From assembly GCA_019056805.1 (NCBI GenBank), contig DXJG01000003.1, forward strand, positions 1-32,000: 32,000 bases of DNA. The letters run 5' to 3'. Shown one piece after another: positions 27,418 through 32,000 of this stretch. The DNA comes from Candidatus Baldrarchaeota archaeon (GTDB lineage: Archaea; Asgardarchaeota; Baldrarchaeia; Baldrarchaeales; DXJG01). The translations under genes and the position numbers were made by a program. Numbering within the stretch: position 1 is the stretch's first letter; each line of letters opens with the position of its first letter. The notes beneath the pieces are model-generated. The model saw only the letters and a list, made by a program, of their open reading frames with translations, ran no database searches and was not told the DNA's origin.

Positions 27418-27942
27418 ATGCGAAAGATTTTTTCGGCAGCACTCTTGATGTGCATGGTTACACTTTTGTTCACACTATCGACCCCGGTGCATGCAACAAC
27501 ACCTATACCCGTATCAGGAACCCTTGACTACACCTTCACTATCACAGATATATGGGTCGCCGACGGCAACACTTTCATAGAAGCAACAGAGAAGGAGGTC
27601 TGGACGGGAAACTTCTCTGGAACCGCACAATCTGTCTTCAGGGTAGTGATATTTTCCTCGGGCTTTTGGAACGTGTGGCTTCGAAGTAATTTTACTGGTG
27701 AAGTGGATGGTAAATCTGGCACCATGGTTATCCAGTTAGTTGGTAAGAGAACATGGTGGGACGAGGAACGGTTCTGGTGGTATGGTCAGTGGGTGATCCT
27801 AAGCGGCACAGGCGAACTGGAGAACCTCCGCGGGCGAGGAACTTGGTGGGGACCAGGATATGAAGGTGTAGATGAAGAGATACCAGAGATACCAGGTGAA
27901 AGACCCGATATATACTATGAGGGAGAGATACACTTTAATTAG
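27418..27942 (+). CDS. secreted beta-rich protein, DUF3224-like
   Basis: Signal peptide MRKIFSAALLMCMVTLLFTLSTPVHA; beta-strand-rich body with ILSGTGELENLRGRG, resembling the DUF3224 C-terminal motif; SD AGGAG; higher GC than flanking genes. Confidence 0.65.
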   Translation: MRKIFSAALLMCMVTLLFTLSTPVHATTPIPVSGTLDYTFTITDIWVADGNTFIEATEKEVWTGNFSGTAQSVFRVVIFSSGFWNVWLRSNFTGEVDGKSGTMVIQLVGKRTWWDEERFWWYGQWVILSGTGELENLRGRGTWWGPGYEGVDEEIPEIPGERPDIYYEGEIHFN

Positions 27943-28709
27943 TAGGGAACAATCTTAGCTGGCCACGCAAGAGCATAAGTCTGGCTTTACTTAACAACCA
28001 GCCTAAACCTTTTTTATTTTCGTAGATCTGCTACATTAGATTATAAATAGTGATGCAAAAAGATTTATCCTTTCTTAAAACGAATAATCAAAGTACCAGT
28101 TAAATACATGTAGAGTTAGTTACGGCCCTTATTGCGCAGCGATGATTTGCTCTATGTCTTGCATGTTGCGGGGTTGAAGAGGCGTAATACATCTCGCCTT
28201 TGGCATGTCAGTTTTGGATACTGTTCCTTGCCGACGCGAAATCACTTAATTTTTGAGGTAGCATGGTTTAGAGGTGAGATTGTTCGTTCGATTTGGTTGA
28301 AGACTGGGAAGTTCTAGAGGAGTACGCTGGGGGATAAACAAGGGGTTTAAGCCCATTCCCATTGTCAAAAATGTGGATTATAAACATATATATGAATCTC
28401 GCTTCCTGTTTGATCTCTGTTGCCAGATTCCTTGGATTGTTGAAAAATCTAGGAGAACGAAAAGTAACTTGTTATAGAGAATTATTAAATGTGGCTTTAA
28501 AATTTTATTATTCTTGTTGAGGTTTTGGTTTTCTTATTTGTTTTTACTGTAAAATAGGTTGATTATGACATGTGGATAAAGAAATTTGAATTTATGTTTG
28601 GTTATATCATTTGCAAAAAGTGAAATTTTAAACTGGAATTTTTACTATCTTTTAACACCGCATATTACCATTGGAGGGATGTTCTCTAAGCTGTAAGTTA
28701 ATGGGAAAA

Positions 28710-28717
28710 TTTAAATA
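28710..28717 (+). promoter_or_regulatory. putative BRE/TATA of the rps13 (alpha) operon
   Basis: GGGAAAA-TTTAAATA about 45 nt upstream of the SD GGAGGTG + TTG start. Confidence 0.55.
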
Positions 28718-28760
28718 GTACTGGACTTTTCAATTGGATAGCCTTTTGGAGGTGCAGTTA

Positions 28761-29216
28761 TTGGTATCGAAGGAATATCGTCACGCAGTGAGAGTCGCTG
28801 GTGTAGACTTGAAAGGTACTATGAGTTTACTATATGGACTCACAGGAATTAAGGGAATTGGATTTAGGTTAGCTAAGGCTATAATTCAAGTTACCGGTTT
28901 AGATCCGAATATGAAGGTCGGTTTCCTTACAGATAGAGATGTTAAAAAAATTGAAGAAGTACTTTCTAATCCTACCGAGTTTGGTATACCATCTTGGATG
29001 TTAAATCGCCGTAAAGATTATGCAACTGGTCAAGATATTCATTTAACTGGTTCAGATTTAGTTCTAACCATCAAAAGCGATATTGATCGTATGAAAAGCA
29101 TTAAAAGTTGGAAGGGTATCAGACATGCACTTGGCTTAAAAGTTCGTGGACAACGCACCAGAACCACTGGTCGAGGTGGAAGAACGATCGGCGTAACAAA
29201 GAAGAAAAAGAAGTAG
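28761..29216 (+). CDS. rps13: 30S ribosomal protein S13 (uS13)
   Basis: YRHAVRVAGVDL, IKGIGFRLA, WMLNRRKD, GIRHALGLKVRGQRTRTTGR; start moved to TTG 28761 after GGAGGTG. Confidence 0.98.
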   Translation: MVSKEYRHAVRVAGVDLKGTMSLLYGLTGIKGIGFRLAKAIIQVTGLDPNMKVGFLTDRDVKKIEEVLSNPTEFGIPSWMLNRRKDYATGQDIHLTGSDLVLTIKSDIDRMKSIKSWKGIRHALGLKVRGQRTRTTGRGGRTIGVTKKKKK

Positions 29217-29229
29217 TGGAGGTTAAACC

Positions 29230-29787
29230 ATGGGAGATCCGAAAAAACAAAGAAAAAAATACATTCCTCCGAAACATCCATGGCAGAAGGAACGCTTAGA
29301 GAGAGAATTAGCTATTGTAGGAAAATATGGTCTTAGGAATAAAAGAGAGTTATGGATACATCAAACTGAATTAAGAAAATATAGGCATAGAGCCCGTGAG
29401 ATACTTGCTTTACCTGAAGATATTAGAAAGAAGTATGAGGAGGAACTTATCAATAAATTATATAAAATGGGTGTTCTTCACGAAAACGCAACGCTTGATG
29501 ATGTTTTAGGCTTAACCGTTGAAGATATCCTAGAAAGAAGATTACAAACACTTGTTTATAGAAAGGGATTAGCAAAGAGTATCTATCATGCTCGACAACT
29601 TGTTACTCATGGACATATTGCTATAAATGGTCGAAGAATAACCGCTCCATCCTATCTGGTTAGCAGAGAGGAAGAAGATCTTATTTCATATTTCCCTGCA
29701 TCACCATATAATGATCCAAAACATCCTGAAAGACCTCAAGCCACCCCAGAAGCCGCACCCGTAGAGGAGGCTACACAAAATGAGTAA
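29230..29787 (+). CDS. rps4: 30S ribosomal protein S4 (uS4)
   Basis: [36 protein letters not shown]. Confidence 0.98.
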   Translation: MGDPKKQRKKYIPPKHPWQKERLERELAIVGKYGLRNKRELWIHQTELRKYRHRAREILALPEDIRKKYEEELINKLYKMGVLHENATLDDVLGLTVEDILERRLQTLVYRKGLAKSIYHARQLVTHGHIAINGRRITAPSYLVSREEEDLISYFPASPYNDPKHPERPQATPEAAPVEEATQNE

Positions 29788-30181
29788 AGAAAAAAGGAAA
29801 ACCAAATGGGGAGTAGCACACATCTACAGCTCTTACAATAATACAATTGTACATATCACAGATTTGACTGGTGCTGAAACAATCGCTATAGCTAGCGGTG
29901 GTATGATAGTTAAAGCGGATAGAGAAGAATCTTCACCATATGCAGCTATGCAAGCAGCATTCAGAGTAGCAGAAGCTGCAAAAGAAAAGGGTATAACCGC
30001 GATACACATCAAAGTAAGAGCACCCGGCGGACACGGACCAAGAAATCCAGGACCAGGAGCACAAGCAGCCATAAGAGCTTTAGCAAGATCAGGGTTAAGA
30101 ATTGGTAGAATAGAAGACGTAACACCAATACCACATGACGGAACCCGCCGCCCCGGTGGAAGAAGAGGAAGACGAGTCTAA
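29780..30181 (+). CDS. rps11: 30S ribosomal protein S11 (uS11)
   Basis: [46 protein letters not shown]. Confidence 0.98.
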   Translation: MSKEKRKTKWGVAHIYSSYNNTIVHITDLTGAETIAIASGGMIVKADREESSPYAAMQAAFRVAEAAKEKGITAIHIKVRAPGGHGPRNPGPGAQAAIRALARSGLRIGRIEDVTPIPHDGTRRPGGRRGRRV

Positions 30182-30212
30182 ACACGTATTTTTCACCCTT
30201 GGAGGAACTAAT

Positions 30213-31022
30213 ATGAATATCAGAATTTTGGAAAGAAGAGAAGAATTGATAAAATTTATTCTAGAAGATGTAGATGCGGCATTTGCAAACAGTTTAAGAC
30301 GTATAATGATAGCTGAAGTACCAACTATGGCTATAGATGATGTTATAGTAATAGAAAACAGTTCACCTTTATTTGATGAAATAATTGCTCATAGACTTGG
30401 TCTAATTCCACTTAAAACAGACCTAGATACCTATGTTCTTCCCGAAAAATGTGAATGTGGAGGAGAAGGTTGTGCGAATTGCCAAGTAGCCTTAACTCTA
30501 GAAGTTGAAGCAACCGATGGCCCTATGACGGTTTACTCAGGCCATCTAAAATCTCAAGACCCTAAAATTGTCCCTGTAAGTGAAAAAATCCCCATAGTTA
30601 AGCTAGCAAAAGGACAAAAACTTGTTTTGGAGGCATATGCCCGATTAGGACTTGGCAAGGAACATGCAAAATGGCAACCCGTATCCGCAGCCGCGTACAA
30701 ATATTTACCCATCATAAATCTTGATTATGAAAAATGTGATCAGTGTGGGGCTTGTGTAGAAGTTTGTCCAAGGGAAATCTTAACATTAAGGGATGGAGAA
30801 CTTGTAATAGGAGATATATTCAATTGTAACTTATGTAAATCATGCGAAGAGGCATGCGACTTAGAGGCTATTAAAGTTTCATATGATAATAAAACCTTTA
30901 TATTCATCATTGAAAGTACTGGTGCTTTACCTCCAGAAAGAATTTTAGAAGAAGCAGCAAAAATACTTACCGAAAAAGCTGAGCAATTAATTAAAGAGAT
31001 GGAGAAAAATAGAGAAATATGA
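30213..31022 (+). CDS. rpoD: DNA-directed RNA polymerase subunit D (Rpo3) with a ferredoxin-like insert
   Basis: ANSLRRIMIAEVPTMAID, AHRLGLIPL, GLGKEHAKWQP; CDQCGACVEVCP and CNLCKSCEEAC; ATG 30213 follows GGAGG. Confidence 0.97.
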   Translation: MNIRILERREELIKFILEDVDAAFANSLRRIMIAEVPTMAIDDVIVIENSSPLFDEIIAHRLGLIPLKTDLDTYVLPEKCECGGEGCANCQVALTLEVEATDGPMTVYSGHLKSQDPKIVPVSEKIPIVKLAKGQKLVLEAYARLGLGKEHAKWQPVSAAAYKYLPIINLDYEKCDQCGACVEVCPREILTLRDGELVIGDIFNCNLCKSCEEACDLEAIKVSYDNKTFIFIIESTGALPPERILEEAAKILTEKAEQLIKEMEKNREI

Positions 31023-31032
31023 GGTGTAATCG

Positions 31033-31398
31033 ATGGTTCATCGTACAGGTCCAACCGATATAAACGTGAGAAAACTAATAAGAAAATTAAGAAAACAATC
31101 CAGAATAGAACAAGTTAACATATGGCGTGATATTTCCGAAAGACTTCTAGGCCCTAGAAGACAAAGAGCAGAAGTTAATATTTCGAAAATAAATCGATAC
31201 ACCAAAGATGGTGATACAGTAATAGTTCCTGGGAAGGTTCTAGGAGCTGGTAAAATAGATCATAAGGTTTATGTTGCTGCATTATCATTTTCTGAAAACG
31301 CTCGAAAAAAAATAGAAGCAGTTGGAGGAAAATGTTTAACAATCGAAGAACTCATACAAATGAATCCCAGAGGATCAAATGTAATAATTATGGAATGA
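31033..31398 (+). CDS. rpl18e: 50S ribosomal protein L18e (eL18)
   Basis: [34 protein letters not shown]. Confidence 0.97.
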   Translation: MVHRTGPTDINVRKLIRKLRKQSRIEQVNIWRDISERLLGPRRQRAEVNISKINRYTKDGDTVIVPGKVLGAGKIDHKVYVAALSFSENARKKIEAVGGKCLTIEELIQMNPRGSNVIIME

Positions 31399-31408
31399 GG
31401 TAACAAAA

Positions 31409-31876
31409 ATGGCATCTGAAGAAATTAGGGTAATTGATGCAAGTAATGCAATACTCGGAAGACTTGCGAGCATAGTGGCTAAAAGATTACTCAACGGAGA
31501 AAAAATAGCTATCATAAACGCTGAGAAAGCCATAATTTCAGGTAAATTTGATAGCATTATCGAAAAATATAAGGAATGGTTGAAAATTAGAACACATACA
31601 AACCCTAAAAAGGGACCATTCCATTATAGAAGGCCTGACAAACTTGTAAAACGAGTTATTCGAGGCATGTTACCCTGGAAGAACCCTCGTGGAAAACAAG
31701 CTTATAAAAGACTTCGCGTTTATATAGGGGTTCCAGAAGAATTTAAGAACAAAGAAGTAGAGAGAGTTAAAGAAGTTGATGCCAGTAGACTCAGAGGAAG
31801 TTACATCACTATATTTGAATTATCCCAACTCATAGGTTGGAATCCACCTAAAAACCTAGTTATGGAGGAACAATGA
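31409..31876 (+). CDS. rpl13: 50S ribosomal protein L13 (uL13)
   Basis: [42 protein letters not shown]. Confidence 0.98.
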   Translation: MASEEIRVIDASNAILGRLASIVAKRLLNGEKIAIINAEKAIISGKFDSIIEKYKEWLKIRTHTNPKKGPFHYRRPDKLVKRVIRGMLPWKNPRGKQAYKRLRVYIGVPEEFKNKEVERVKEVDASRLRGSYITIFELSQLIGWNPPKNLVMEEQ

Positions 31877-31877
31877 A

Positions 31878-32000
31878 ATGGCTAAAATTCTCCTTGCGAG
31901 TGGTAAAAGAAAAACAGCAATAGCCAGAGCTGTCATAAGAGAAGGAAAGGGAAGAATAAGAATCAACAAAATACCTCTCGAAATTTATCAACCTGAACTG
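31878..32000 (+). CDS. rps9: 30S ribosomal protein S9 (uS9), 5' partial
   Basis: Manual translation [41 protein letters not shown]...; follows rpl13; runs off the window end. Confidence 0.95.
   Translation, partial: MAKILLASGKRKTAIARAVIREGKGRIRINKIPLEIYQPEL

Noticed and set aside
27100-28733. Integrated element (provirus or IS) at tRNA-Ser
   Set aside because: I found no duplicated tRNA 3' end (att site), integrase, transposase or terminal inverted repeats; only a compositional anomaly remains.
1-32000. CRISPR arrays, rRNA genes, defence or toxin-antitoxin systems
   Set aside because: I saw no regularly spaced repeats, rRNA-like GC-rich tracts or recognisable cas/TA proteins.

Overview
AT-rich archaeal core-genome window. 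A TACK/Asgard-type lineage is plausible but inferred only from gene content (L14e/L34e/L18e, Sec61-like SecY loop, SepF, Fae-HPS). It is dominated by translation genes. From the left: partial tRNA-Ala(GGC), Toprim-L37e-Sm cluster, PUA protein, SepF, aCPSF1/FttA, FKBP PPIase, a NOP2/RsmB-NIP7 pair with NIP7 split by a +1 frameshift, a metallophosphoesterase, Fae-HPS and PGI/PMI. Next is a fragmented S10 cluster (S19 alone; L22-S3-L29-Rpp29 inverted), then the spc-type operon S17 to L15, secY-DUF106-L34e-cmk-L14e-cbf5-MTase, a two-intron tRNA-Ser(GGA), a ~1.6 kb foreign-looking or decayed patch, and the alpha operon S13-S4-S11-RpoD-L18e-L13-S9 (partial). I see no CRISPR array, transposase or integrase, and no clear multi-gene novel system. 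The best leads are small-scale: the NIP7 UUU_CGG_UGA +1 site, a His/Cys-rich membrane protein whose N-terminus needs a CUG start or a second +1 shift, a box C/D-like GNRA hairpin before rpl14e, the double-intron tRNA and the r-protein cluster inversion.
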